From the NCBI GenBank assembly GCA_026395815.1, contig JAPLXZ010000002.1, positions 1-63,790 of the forward strand: a stretch of DNA of 63,790 nucleotides, given 5' to 3'. Shown here piece after piece: positions 1 through 9,971 of this stretch; position 1 is the first letter of the stretch; each line of letters opens with the position of its first letter. The DNA comes from Candidatus Pacearchaeota archaeon. GTDB lineage: Archaea > Nanobdellota > Nanobdellia > Pacearchaeales > GW2011-AR1. Below the pieces are notes generated by a model. That model saw only the letters and a program-made list of their open reading frames with translations. It had not been told where the DNA came from and searched no databases. The translations under genes were made by a program, and so were the position numbers.

Positions 1-1070
1 CTTGTTTAGACGCTGGTTGTCCTGGAAGAAGCTGTGATGGTACAAAGACAGGAACAGATTGCGAGTGTGTTTCTGATTGTTCTTGTGCTGCTGATACTTG
101 TGTTAATAGCACTTGTTTAGATACTGGATGCATTGGAAGCAATTGTGATGGAACAAAGATTACTGCTCCTTGTTGTGTTTCTGATTGTTCTTGCGCTGCT
201 GATACTTGTGTTGGAAGCACTTGTTCAGATGGGTGCGGGGGAACTTGTAATGGAATAAAGACAGGAATAGGTTGTTGTGTTTCTGATTGTTCTTGTGCTG
301 TTAATACTTGCAGAGGAAGTACTTGTCCTGATGCTGGATGTGTTGGAAGAGGTTGTGATGGAACAAAGATTACTGCTCCTTGTTGTGTTTCTGATTGTTC
401 TTGTGCTGCTGATACTTGTGTTGGAAGCACTTGTTCAGATGGGTGCGGGGGAACTTGTGCAGGAACAAAGATTACTGGTTCTTGTTGTGTTCCAAATTGT
501 TTTTGTGTTGTTTATACTTGTGTTGGTTTTACTTGTCCTAATGGGTGCTGGGGAACTTGTGCAGGAACGAAGAGTTGCGTATGCACTCCTTCTACTACAA
601 AAATAAAAGACTGCAGTTATTTGAATACTGACTGCAGGAAGTATAATCCTAAAACTATTACTTGCAATTTTTTGGGAGTCTGGAATGATTTGCCTTGTGA
701 TTCTTATTATTATCCACCAAGAGGAAATTCTTGCGAAGGAAATCCAAACAAAGCATGTGACGGCGGTGGAACTGATTGTCCTAAAAATGGTTGTGGAACG
801 TGCCTGGGTTGGAGTGGAACAGGTTGTGGAAGTTGTCCTTTTGGGATGTATTCTTTAGGCCCTATAGGTCCTAATACATGGTACTTTTGTGCTACACCTA
901 AAGATAAAGGGGGTAATGAAATATATGCTGCTCTTGGTTGGAGGATGAATGGAGAAACTCTACCAAAAAGCACTATTTGGGACTGCTCAATGGAACCTTT
1001 ATGCCACAAAGATGGTGCATGTGGCGAGAGTTATAATAGAGATTGGAATATAAAACCTTATTCTTGTTAA
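1..1070 (+). CDS. Cys-rich repeat surface protein, C-terminal part (5'-truncated by window edge)
   Basis: Frame from nt 3 is open and in frame with ORF 621..1070: CLDAGCPGRSCDGTK...CVSDCSCAADTCVGSTCSDGCGGTC...; ~34-36 aa Cys repeats followed by a Cys/Trp-rich non-repeat tail. Confidence 0.85.
   Translation, partial: CLDAGCPGRSCDGTKTGTDCECVSDCSCAADTCVNSTCLDTGCIGSNCDGTKITAPCCVSDCSCAADTCVGSTCSDGCGGTCNGIKTGIGCCVSDCSCAVNTCRGSTCPDAGCVGRGCDGTKITAPCCVSDCSCAADTCVGSTCSDGCGGTCAGTKITGSCCVPNCFCVVYTCVGFTCPNGCWGTCAGTKSCVCTPSTTKIKDCSYLNTDCRKYNPKTITCNFLGVWNDLPCDSYYYPPRGNSCEGNPNKACDGGGTDCPKNGCGTCLGWSGTGCGSCPFGMYSLGPIGPNTWYFCATPKDKGGNEIYAALGWRMNGETLPKSTIWDCSMEPLCHKDGACGESYNRDWNIKPYSC
143..458 (+). repeat. Intragenic direct repeat, 210-bp period (143..248 vs 353..458)
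   Basis: ttgtgatggaacaaagattactgctcc...gggtgcgggggaacttgt occurs twice with one visible mismatch (ttgcgctg/ttgtgctg). Confidence 0.9.
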
Positions 1071-1103
1071 TTTTATTTTCTTTTTCCTATTTGCATAATT
1101 TCA

Positions 1104-1733
1104 TCAGAATCGTTTCTTATTCTTTGTACTTTCCTTTTTCCTAAGAAACGGCAAAGAAGTCATTATGAAGTATGAAATTGCCGCAAAACCGAAAGCGAAT
1201 AAAAACCACGAGAGATAATAAGGAAGAAAATTCAAGTTTATATTCAGGCAAGTAAACCTAACACAGTTTATGTCTGTTTTGCCTTCTGGAACTAAAAGCA
1301 AAGTCAAGAAAAAAATCAGAACAATCTCTCCGAGGCTCGCTAAAAGAACCTTGTAATTCTTTTTCATTTTCATAAGATAGATTGCAAATATAGACAATGG
1401 AACAGTGTATAGATGCTGCAATGATACAATTTTTTGCAGTAAAGTCTGTGCTGGAAAGTAAAGAGCCAAATCAATCAGAGTATGACCTGCAAAAACCAGA
1501 TAGAGAAAATCAAATGTCCAAAACAAATCAGGAATGAGTAGTATTATCACCTGGCTTAAAATTAGATAAGGATTTCTCTTCAGCAATCCTATTATAATTA
1601 TGAAAAGCGTGATGTAACAAACCCAAAGAAGCAGATAGGATTCTCCTGCAAGAAGAAACTTCATTATTACAAGAACAAATGTCAAGCAGAGGATAGCAGT
1701 AATGATATTTATTATCTTCTCTTTTTTTTCCAT
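1104..1733 (-). CDS. Multi-pass membrane protein, unknown function
   Basis: About 6-7 hydrophobic segments; likely start MEKKEK at 1733. Confidence 0.75.
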   Translation of the reverse strand: MEKKEKIINIITAILCLTFVLVIMKFLLAGESYLLLWVCYITLFIIIIGLLKRNPYLILSQVIILLIPDLFWTFDFLYLVFAGHTLIDLALYFPAQTLLQKIVSLQHLYTVPLSIFAIYLMKMKKNYKVLLASLGEIVLIFFLTLLLVPEGKTDINCVRFTCLNINLNFLPYYLSWFLFAFGFAAISYFIMTSLPFLRKKESTKNKKRF

Positions 1734-1862
1734 AATAATAAAGAGTTTATGCATTTAAAAGTTTTATATTTTTTAAGCTGAAATTTAAAATAAAGATTTG
1801 GATAACTTTAAAAATAATCCTCGCCTTGTTTTATTAAACTAACAAAGTAAAAGAGGGAAAGC

Positions 1863-2426
1863 ATGTCTTTAAAAAAAAGCATCTTAAAAATAAAAAAAAG
1901 AGGATTAAGTCAGATGATTGGCTATGTACTTCTCATAGCTCTTGCTGTTATGATGAGTACTATTGTTTACCAATGGTTGAAGACATATGTTCCAAAAGAT
2001 GCTGTACAATGCCCCGACGGAGTCTCTGTTTTCATAAAAGACATTTCCTATGACTGTACAAATAAAAAAATAAACCTGACTTTGAAGAACAATGGAAAGT
2101 TTAGCATTGCAGGGTATTTCATTCATGCTACCAACAATTCAGCGCAAAAAATTGCAACAATAGATCTTTCCCCTAATATTCTTTCCTCTAATCTTGAAAA
2201 TGAAGGCAATGTCTCTGAAGGTTCTGTTGTATATTCTTATATTGACAATAATTTCTGGCCTCAAGACGGGGATGATTTAAGGAGCAGCACATTTAATGTC
2301 TCTAGTTATGGAACTATTTACAAAGTTGATATAATTCCTGTAAGATACCAAGAATATAACAACAGACAGAGGCTTGTAAGCTGCGGCCAATCAAGAATCA
2401 TAGAAGAAATATCCTGCGATAGATAG
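1863..2426 (+). CDS. Archaeal type IV pilin-like protein
   Basis: Class III signal peptide KKRG|LSQMIGYVLLIAL. Confidence 0.85.
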   Translation: MSLKKSILKIKKRGLSQMIGYVLLIALAVMMSTIVYQWLKTYVPKDAVQCPDGVSVFIKDISYDCTNKKINLTLKNNGKFSIAGYFIHATNNSAQKIATIDLSPNILSSNLENEGNVSEGSVVYSYIDNNFWPQDGDDLRSSTFNVSSYGTIYKVDIIPVRYQEYNNRQRLVSCGQSRIIEEISCDR

Positions 2427-2458
2427 TGAATAATAATAAAAGAATTTAAAAACAATAA

Positions 2459-2962
2459 ATGTTTAATACTAAATATAAAATGAGGAAGCATAAAGTAAAA
2501 AAGAGGGCTCTTTCGCCGGTCGTTACCACTGTTCTATTGATAGCTCTTGTAGTTGTCATTGCACTTATAATTTTCTTATGGTTTAAGGGAATGGTTCAGG
2601 AAGGAGTTATAAAATTCGGGAAGAACATAAAGCTTGTTTGCGACGACGTTCAATTTGAAGCAAGCTGTTCTGGAGGGATTCTTAGTGTTCTAAACAGCGG
2701 AAATGTTCCTATATTCAGGATTAAGTTAAAGATTGAAGGTACTGGTGGAAGTTATGAAACAAAAGACATAACTGAAACAAGCGCTTCAAGCAGCTGGCCA
2801 AGCAATGGATTGAACCAGGGAGGAACTTTTTCAGGAGATATATCATCTGAAACTTCAGGCGCTACAAAGCTGATTGTATTGCCTATGCTTATGGGAACAT
2901 CAAACAGCGGGCATAAAACTTTCATGTGTGAGGGACAATATGGTGAAGAAGTTTATTTATAA
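2459..2962 (+). CDS. Archaeal type IV pilin
   Basis: KKRA|LSPVVTTVLLIALVV class III signal peptide; start may be 2480. Confidence 0.88.
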   Translation: MFNTKYKMRKHKVKKRALSPVVTTVLLIALVVVIALIIFLWFKGMVQEGVIKFGKNIKLVCDDVQFEASCSGGILSVLNSGNVPIFRIKLKIEGTGGSYETKDITETSASSSWPSNGLNQGGTFSGDISSETSGATKLIVLPMLMGTSNSGHKTFMCEGQYGEEVYL

Positions 2963-3461
2963 AAAAGGGCTTTCTACAATCGTGACTACACTAATTTTAA
3001 TTGTAATCTCAATGAGCGCAATTGCTCTTATCTGGACAGTCGTAAACAATATGATTCATACTACGACTGAGCAAACAGAAGCGTGTTTTGGAAGTTATGA
3101 CAAGGTAAAATTAAATGCGATATATACTTGCTATGAGCAGATAGACTCTCTTAATTATAGGGTTAGATTTTCATTGTCAATTGGAGATGCTACCATCGAC
3201 AAAGTTGTCATAGGAATAGCCTCACAAGGAGCTATAAAAAGTTATAAGTTAAACAACACATTGCAAACTTTCCCTGACTTGCAGTATTATCCTTCAGGAA
3301 CTCAAGTAAAATTGCCTGACAAAAATGCAGGACTTACTTATGTAGCGTCAGGCTTTGCTTCTAAGCCCGATTTAATTCAAATAGCACCTGTTATAAGCGA
3401 AAAGCAATGCGAGATATCAGATTCTCTGACAGAGATTGAGAATTGCGCTGGGCTTATTTAA
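2940..3461 (+). CDS. Archaeal type IV pilin-like protein
   Basis: ATG at 2940 gives MVKKFIYKKG|LSTIVTTLILIV; ORF-track start 2874 overlaps the upstream gene too much. Confidence 0.85.
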   Translation: MVKKFIYKKGLSTIVTTLILIVISMSAIALIWTVVNNMIHTTTEQTEACFGSYDKVKLNAIYTCYEQIDSLNYRVRFSLSIGDATIDKVVIGIASQGAIKSYKLNNTLQTFPDLQYYPSGTQVKLPDKNAGLTYVASGFASKPDLIQIAPVISEKQCEISDSLTEIENCAGLI

Positions 3462-3557
3462 TTCTCTGTTTTAATGATATATCTTCTTGAATTTCTAAAG
3501 AATAGTGTATTTTTTTAAGAACATTAATTATTTAAATTAAGTTTTACTTGAAAGTCT

Positions 3558-4082
3558 ATGAAAAGAGGACAAGTTTGGGTAGAAACAGTAATTTACACTC
3601 TGTTGGCTTTCATAATGATTGGTTTGGTAGTGTCGTATGTAAAACCTAAAGTAGAGGAGATGCAAGACAAGACAATCATAGAGCAATCATCAGAGATGAT
3701 GAAAGAAATTGATTCTACCATTTTATCAATGAGTGGTGCTGGCAATCAGAGAATCTTTGAGATAAGAATAAAGGAAGGGCAAATGAAAGTCGATGGGGTT
3801 AATGAACTTCTTATATTTGAAACAGACAGCAAATACATGTATACAGAACCTGGAAAAAAGATAGAAGACGGAAATATTGTAGTCTATACTGAGAAAAAAG
3901 GCTCTGCCTATGCAATAAACTTAACACTGGATTATAGTGGAGGATATAATATAACATTTGAAGGAAGAGATGAAAAGAAAACAGTAAGCAGGTCTTCAAA
4001 TTCCTACAAATTATCAGTTTTGAATAAGGGAACAGACCCAAGCAATTTAAACAGAGTAATCTTGGATTTTTCTCTTGATTAA
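3558..4082 (+). CDS. Minor pilin-like protein
   Basis: MKRG|QVWVETVIYTLL, the GQxxxE class III motif. Confidence 0.85.
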   Translation: MKRGQVWVETVIYTLLAFIMIGLVVSYVKPKVEEMQDKTIIEQSSEMMKEIDSTILSMSGAGNQRIFEIRIKEGQMKVDGVNELLIFETDSKYMYTEPGKKIEDGNIVVYTEKKGSAYAINLTLDYSGGYNITFEGRDEKKTVSRSSNSYKLSVLNKGTDPSNLNRVILDFSLD

Positions 4083-4158
4083 AAATAAATAAATTTTCAA
4101 ATCCTCGTTTGTGATGGAATAATTAAAGCAAACTCAGGAAAACTTAAAAAATTAGAAT

Positions 4159-5706
4159 ATGAACGAATTAATACAAACCTATAAGCCAGTTCAGATTGAC
4201 TTTTATCCGCAAATTCCTCCTCTTGAAAAAGTAAAAGACAAAACAAAAATCGACGTCAGATACTGCCTTATAGCGCCATTTGCATACGTGCATATTTATT
4301 GGAATGAAAAAAAATACGAGCTTGTTTATGAGATTGAAGAGCCGATATTAAACATAGAAGAAGAAGGCTACAGGGAAAAATTAAGTTCTGCCATGAGGGA
4401 TTTAATAAACATAGAACAAGTTATAGATAAAACGAAAGATGCGCTTCTTGACTACATTGACAGAAGATTCAAGCTATTAGCAGTTGAATTTGATATGGAT
4501 ATTCCTTATGATTCTTACAAGAAAATATTTTATTATCTGTGCAGGGATTTCATGGGAATTAACGAGATTGAACCGATACTGAAAGATTATTATGTAGAGG
4601 ATATTGAATGCAATGGCTCAAATGCCCCTGTTTATATTATTCACAGGATTTATAGAAATATAAGGACAAATTTGAGTTTTAATAATGTTGATAAACTGGA
4701 AAGCTTGGTTGAAAAACTTGCTCAAAGATGCGGAAGATACATTTCTTATGCAGATCCTATACTTGACGGAACCTTGCCTGACGGAAGCAGAGTCAATGCA
4801 ACTTACACAAAAGACATCACTAGCAGAGGCCCTACTTTCACAATAAGAAAATTCACAAAGACACCCTGGACTCCTATACAATTAATCTCATTCTGGACTT
4901 TAAGCCCTGAAATGCTGGCATATCTTTGGATACTTGTTCAATACAAGATGAATATACTGATAACAGGAGGAACTGCTGCAGGAAAAACCACTCTACTGAA
5001 TGCTATCGCATTTTTCATTCCTCCAGAAGCAAGAGTAGTAAGCATTGAAGATACAAGAGAATTAAATCTTCCCAGAGAAAACTGGCTTCCGAGTGTTGTA
5101 AGAAGCGCAACAGGAGGAGGTAAGGAAAATGAGATAAGCCTTTTTACTTTGTTAAGAAGCTCTTTCAGACAAAACCCTGATTATGTAATTGTAGGAGAAG
5201 TAAGAGGTAAAGAGGCTTTCGTATTGTTCCAGGGAATGGCTTCAGGACACGCTTCAATAAGCACTATGCACGCAGATTCTGTTGACACTTTAGTAAAAAG
5301 ACTTGAAACTCCTCCTATAGAACTTTCTCCTACACTCATTAATGTTTTAGACTGCGTATGCATCATGACTCATGCAATTGTAAACAAGCAGGAGACAAGA
5401 AAATTAAGGGAGATAGTTGAGATAGTAAATGTTGACGCTGAAGGAATAGCAACAACAAACACTCCTTTTGCATGGAATCCTGCTGATGACAAATTCTATT
5501 TCAAAAAAAACAGCAGAATTTTTGAAAAGATATCAAAGAGATACGGCGTGGATTTAAGCGAGATTGAATTGGAGTTCAGAAGAAGAGTCCAATTAATTTA
5601 CAAGCTGTACCAACAAAAAATTTTCAAGTTTGATGAGATTCAGGAGATAATAGTCAGGTATTACAAAAGGCCAGCAGAAGTTCTTAGAGAGTTTAAAATA
5701 GAATAA
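4159..5706 (+). CDS. Type II/IV secretion (TadA/FlaI/VirB11-like) assembly ATPase
   Basis: Walker A GGTAAGKTT, SIEDTREL Asp box, RQNPDYVIVGEVRG Walker B, GHASISTMHA His box. Confidence 0.95.
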   Translation: MNELIQTYKPVQIDFYPQIPPLEKVKDKTKIDVRYCLIAPFAYVHIYWNEKKYELVYEIEEPILNIEEEGYREKLSSAMRDLINIEQVIDKTKDALLDYIDRRFKLLAVEFDMDIPYDSYKKIFYYLCRDFMGINEIEPILKDYYVEDIECNGSNAPVYIIHRIYRNIRTNLSFNNVDKLESLVEKLAQRCGRYISYADPILDGTLPDGSRVNATYTKDITSRGPTFTIRKFTKTPWTPIQLISFWTLSPEMLAYLWILVQYKMNILITGGTAAGKTTLLNAIAFFIPPEARVVSIEDTRELNLPRENWLPSVVRSATGGGKENEISLFTLLRSSFRQNPDYVIVGEVRGKEAFVLFQGMASGHASISTMHADSVDTLVKRLETPPIELSPTLINVLDCVCIMTHAIVNKQETRKLREIVEIVNVDAEGIATTNTPFAWNPADDKFYFKKNSRIFEKISKRYGVDLSEIELEFRRRVQLIYKLYQQKIFKFDEIQEIIVRYYKRPAEVLREFKIE

Positions 5707-5744
5707 CTCGAAACGTTTAATAATATAAAAACATTCTTTGAATC

Positions 5745-5909
5745 ATGAAAGAGGAAGATATCTTATTTCTGAATCAGCTCGCTTTATCACTTGAACAGGC
5801 CGAGATGAATCTGGAAGAATCATACAAAAAAAAAGACTATACTAATTTTAACAAATCAAAAAAAATCATGCTTAAGATACAAAAACAAATCTCTGAAATG
5901 CTAAAATAA
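5745..5909 (+). CDS. Small helical hypothetical protein (54 aa), absent from ORF track
   Basis: MKEEDILFLNQLALSLEQAEMNLEESYKKKDYTNFNKSKKIMLKIQKQISEMLK*; fills the gap between ATPase and platform gene, ending 2 nt before the next ATG. Confidence 0.65.
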   Translation: MKEEDILFLNQLALSLEQAEMNLEESYKKKDYTNFNKSKKIMLKIQKQISEMLK

Positions 5910-5911
5910 CC

Positions 5912-7297
5912 ATGGACATATCTGAACATCTAATAAAAATAAGAGAAATTGCATTGATGGAAAAAAGAACAATGAAGGAGTTTAGCTCATTGCTTCGTTC
6001 TTTATTAGAAATAAAAGATAATGAAGAAAAATCGATGATTAAGCAGCAGGGCATTATACTAAAAAATTTGTTGAGAAAGACAAATAATGAGCTTTTGGAA
6101 TTGCTGAATGAGATTAGTTTTACAAAGCCATGGGAAAACCAAGTTAAAGATCAGGAAACTACTCCTGCTCCAGAAGAAGATAAACCTTTGGAGATGCAAG
6201 AAGAAACACCAGAGGCAACTTCCCTTAAAAAACCGAGTTTGCTTAATAAGATTTTTGATAAAATTGGCCTGTCTTCTTTAAGAAAAAAGTCAGATTTTGA
6301 AAAGACATTGAATAGCTCCCAGCTTGAACAAGACACTATAAAGCGATTAACAAGAGGGGATGAAAAAATAATTATGAAAAAAGAAGAAAAACCAAGCATA
6401 TACTCTAAATTAGCAAATCGGTATTTTTTAGATTATTCAAAATCCCTTATAAAAGAAAAAAGATTTCTGAATTTGGAAAAAGACCTCATAAAATCTAATT
6501 TAGTTTACACCCCTGCAGGATATCTTTCAATACTCGTGCTTACTGTGGCTATATCTATTATTATAGCAGTGTTCCTCTTTATATTTCTCTTATTTTTTGA
6601 TATAAGCTCTACCTTTCCTCTTATAACACTTGCAAAGGGGAACATGGGAATAAAATTCTTGAAAATATTCTGGATTTTAATCGTTATTCCAGCAGGAACT
6701 TTTTTATTCATGTATCTTTTCCCTTCATTTGAGACAAAATCAGTTGAAAGCAAGATAAACCAGGAATTGCCTTTTGCAACAATACACATGTCTTCTATTT
6801 CCGGCTCTATGATTGAACCAAGCAAAATTTTCAGCATAATCATGACAACTAAAGAATATCCTTATCTTGAAAGAGAATTCATCAAGCTTCTCAACGAGAT
6901 TAACATTTATGGCTTTGATTTTGTTACTGCATTGAAGAATGTCGCAAAAAACAGCCCAAGCCAAAAACTCGCTGATCTTTTCAATGGATTAGCAACAACA
7001 ATAAATACAGGGGGAAATTTAGCTGAATTTTTCGAAAAAAGATCAAACAGCCTTCTTTTTGAATACAGATTAGACATAGAAAAACAAACAAAAGCAGCTG
7101 AAACTTTCATGGACATATACATAAGCGTTGTTATTGCTGCGCCTATGATTTTAATGCTCCTGCTTATGATGATGAAGATAAGCGGGCTTGGCATGTCTCT
7201 CAGCACTTCAATGATTACTATCTTAATGATTGTAGGAGTCTCGTTTATAAATTTGTTATTCCTTGTCTTTTTACACTTAAAAAATCCATCAAAATAA
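5912..7297 (+). CDS. T2SS-F family pilus platform protein (TadB/FlaJ-like)
   Basis: INQELPFATIHMSSISGS and TINTGGNLAEFF T2SSF-type segments, TM helices, follows the ATPase. Confidence 0.9.
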   Translation: MDISEHLIKIREIALMEKRTMKEFSSLLRSLLEIKDNEEKSMIKQQGIILKNLLRKTNNELLELLNEISFTKPWENQVKDQETTPAPEEDKPLEMQEETPEATSLKKPSLLNKIFDKIGLSSLRKKSDFEKTLNSSQLEQDTIKRLTRGDEKIIMKKEEKPSIYSKLANRYFLDYSKSLIKEKRFLNLEKDLIKSNLVYTPAGYLSILVLTVAISIIIAVFLFIFLLFFDISSTFPLITLAKGNMGIKFLKIFWILIVIPAGTFLFMYLFPSFETKSVESKINQELPFATIHMSSISGSMIEPSKIFSIIMTTKEYPYLEREFIKLLNEINIYGFDFVTALKNVAKNSPSQKLADLFNGLATTINTGGNLAEFFEKRSNSLLFEYRLDIEKQTKAAETFMDIYISVVIAAPMILMLLLMMMKISGLGMSLSTSMITILMIVGVSFINLLFLVFLHLKNPSK

Positions 7298-7363
7298 ATA
7301 TGAAAAAAACATGAAAACAAAGATAATCAAGATAAAGATTCAAAAAATAAAAAAGAGGAAAAC

Positions 7364-8203
7364 ATGGGACTAAAAAAAGTTCATTGGATGATTATTGGAT
7401 TAGGAGTTCTAGTCATAGGTTTGTCAACTATATTCCTCAAAACAGAATTTTTCTTTTTTATAGTTGGATTTGGCGTTCTGATTATAGTTTCGCCTTTTGT
7501 CTACAATTTGATAAACGAAAATAAAGTTTCCGCTCAAAAAGAAGAGATGTTCTTGGAATTTGCAAGGAATCTTGTTGAAAGCGTAAATACAGGAACTCCA
7601 ATAAGCAAAACCATAGTCAACATGAAGAAAAAGCCGTTTGGAGTTTTAAGCCCTCATGTTGAAAAATTAGCAAATCAAATTACAATGGGAATTCCATTAG
7701 GCACTGCCCTTCAGGTATTTGCAAGAGATTTGGACAACAGAACAATATCAAGGGCTTTGACTCTTATTGGCCAGGCAGAAAAAGCAGGTGGGAACATCGG
7801 AGAGATATTGGAAGCAGTTGCAAGAGCAGTATCAATGGTTGACAAACTGAAGAAAGAAAGAAATGCGTCAATCTCCACTCTTGTTGTCCAAGGCTATATT
7901 ATTTTCTTTGTATTCATGATAATCATCTTAGTAATGCAGTTTTATATAATCCCAATGATTTCTGGAATTGCAAATATTGAGTCGCTTGGAGAAATAGCCA
8001 CGCCAAGCATAGGAGAAACTACAGGAGTAGAATTCTCCTCTGCTTTCTTATACATGCTTTTAATCCAAGGATTTTTTAGCGGTTTGGCAATAGGCAAGCT
8101 TGCAGGAGGAAACATAAAATACGGAATAAAACATTCTTTTTCCCTAATGATCCTTTCATTTGTAATATCTGCAGTTGCAAATTTAATTTTGAGCAAAGGA
8201 TAA
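7364..8203 (+). CDS. T2SS-F family pilus platform protein (TadC-like)
   Basis: FLEFARNLVESVNTGTPI, AEKAGGNIGEILE, GKLAGGNIKYGIKHS. Confidence 0.9.
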   Translation: MGLKKVHWMIIGLGVLVIGLSTIFLKTEFFFFIVGFGVLIIVSPFVYNLINENKVSAQKEEMFLEFARNLVESVNTGTPISKTIVNMKKKPFGVLSPHVEKLANQITMGIPLGTALQVFARDLDNRTISRALTLIGQAEKAGGNIGEILEAVARAVSMVDKLKKERNASISTLVVQGYIIFFVFMIIILVMQFYIIPMISGIANIESLGEIATPSIGETTGVEFSSAFLYMLLIQGFFSGLAIGKLAGGNIKYGIKHSFSLMILSFVISAVANLILSKG

Positions 8204-8242
8204 TATCAATAAAAATATAAACACAAAAAATTTTATTAGAAT

Positions 8243-8983
8243 ATGAAAAATAAAAGAGGTTCACATGTTGGAATAATCCTGTCTTTTGTTATTTTTGTAA
8301 CCTTTCTTGTTTTTTTGTATGTAGTTGTTCAGCCTGCATTAAGCGGACTTGAGAACAAGAGGATTTTTCTTGACTATTTAAAGATGAAACTGATAGAAAA
8401 CGCTTCTGAAAACTTCACAATTGCAAGCGTGAATATAGTTTCAATAAAAAATCCTACTGCTAGTTTTTGCATCAAATTTGAAGATTTGACAGAAAAAATT
8501 GTGGAAATCAAAGATTCAAGGCTTGTAGTAAAGGATGAAAATAGAGCTGTTATTCCTTTTTATGTTTCAACTTCAAAAAAAGAATTGGAGGTAACAAGGA
8601 ATAGTGTGAATCATTTATTTTTCAGAATATTTGACTCTCCAACATTTAAGATTGGAACAGGAGCAACAACCCCTTCTTGCAGACAAGTAAAAAAAGACGA
8701 ATATATTATTGGCTTGGTTACAACAGACACGTACATATTCAACACAAGCATACTTGAGATAAAAACTGCTTATGAAACAGATTATGAAAAACTGAAGCGC
8801 TATTTCAAGATTCCAGCTGGAAGGGATTTTGGTTTTAGCTTCACAGACAATACAGGAACAAAAGTTTTTGATGTAGGAGAAGGAGTCCAATTAACGAGTA
8901 TTTTTGCAGAAGAAATTCCAATCCAGTATGTTGACGAAAAAGCGAATATACTGCCTGGGTTTATAAATATAAAAGTATGGTAA
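8243..8983 (+). CDS. Pilin-like protein
   Basis: MKNKRG|SHVGIILSFVIF class III-like signal. Confidence 0.75.
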   Translation: MKNKRGSHVGIILSFVIFVTFLVFLYVVVQPALSGLENKRIFLDYLKMKLIENASENFTIASVNIVSIKNPTASFCIKFEDLTEKIVEIKDSRLVVKDENRAVIPFYVSTSKKELEVTRNSVNHLFFRIFDSPTFKIGTGATTPSCRQVKKDEYIIGLVTTDTYIFNTSILEIKTAYETDYEKLKRYFKIPAGRDFGFSFTDNTGTKVFDVGEGVQLTSIFAEEIPIQYVDEKANILPGFINIKVW

Positions 8984-9059
8984 AAAAATTTAGCAAAATT
9001 AAATTAAGAAATTCAAAAATGATAGATAGGTTCATAAAAAAACAGGAAGTTTTTAAGAA

Positions 9060-9497
9060 ATGAGAGACAAAAAAGGATGGATAAGAATTGTAGAAGCGTT
9101 TGTTTCAATATTGCTGATTACTGGTGTGGTATTAGTAGTCTTAAACAAAGGTTACATTGTAAAAGAGGACATTTCAGAAAGAGTCTATCAGGCAGAATTG
9201 TCAATTCTAAGAGGAATACAAACAAATGATGAATTGAGAGTAGAGATAATACAGGCTGGAGAGCCCCTTCCAATAGAATGGGAAGAGTTTGAAGCAAAAG
9301 TTCCTAATCTTAAAGCAGAAATAATCAGCAGAACACCAAATTATTTAAGTTGCATTGGAAAAATATGCAAAATGAATGAGATATGTACATTGGAAGAAAA
9401 CAAGAACCAGGATGTTTTTGTTCAATCAGTCACTATTGCAGCGACATTAGAAGAAGTAAAGTATAGGCAATTAAAATTATTTTGCTGGGAAAAATAA
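9060..9497 (+). CDS. Pilin-like protein
   Basis: MRDKKG|WIRIVEAFVSILL class III-like signal. Confidence 0.75.
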   Translation: MRDKKGWIRIVEAFVSILLITGVVLVVLNKGYIVKEDISERVYQAELSILRGIQTNDELRVEIIQAGEPLPIEWEEFEAKVPNLKAEIISRTPNYLSCIGKICKMNEICTLEENKNQDVFVQSVTIAATLEEVKYRQLKLFCWEK

Positions 9498-9521
9498 CCT
9501 TAGAATATTTTTATTTTTAAC

Positions 9522-9932
9522 ATGGAAAAATTTAAGTTTCTTGAGCATACTGCAGACATAAAATTTAAGGTATTTGGAAAAACTGTAGAAGATATTTTTA
9601 AAAATTCTGCATTAGCATTAAGAGAAGCAATTTGTGATAAGATTAAAGTCAAGCTGAAAAAGGAAAAGACAATCAAAGTTGGGGGGCAGGATTACGAATC
9701 TTTGCTCTACAAATTCCTTGAGGAAATTTTATATTTGCTTGATGCAGAAGATTTTCTTATTGGAAAAGTCAAGGAGATTAAAATAAATGGCTTTAAACTA
9801 AACGCTGTTCTTATAGGAGACAAGGCTTCAAATTACAAATTCACTAACAGTGTGAAGGCAATAACATACAATGATATGTTCTTAAAAAGAGAGAAAGGCG
9901 ATTGGATTGCTGAATTTGTTTTAGATGTTTGA
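9522..9932 (+). CDS. Archease (RtcB activator)
   Basis: FLEHTADI N-terminal motif, VKAITY, C-terminal LDV. Confidence 0.95.
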   Translation: MEKFKFLEHTADIKFKVFGKTVEDIFKNSALALREAICDKIKVKLKKEKTIKVGGQDYESLLYKFLEEILYLLDAEDFLIGKVKEIKINGFKLNAVLIGDKASNYKFTNSVKAITYNDMFLKREKGDWIAEFVLDV

Positions 9933-9971
9933 TTATTCTGTTAATTACTAAAATGTTAATTGATTAAGAAA

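Noticed and set aside
277-606. 109-aa Leu/Val-rich ORF in the ORF track
   Set aside because: Shadow frame of the Cys-repeat CDS that is open from nt 3 through 1070
1863-9497. Archaellum operon
   Set aside because: No FlaH/FlaF/FlaG-like genes; two separate T2SSF proteins fit a Tad-like pilus better
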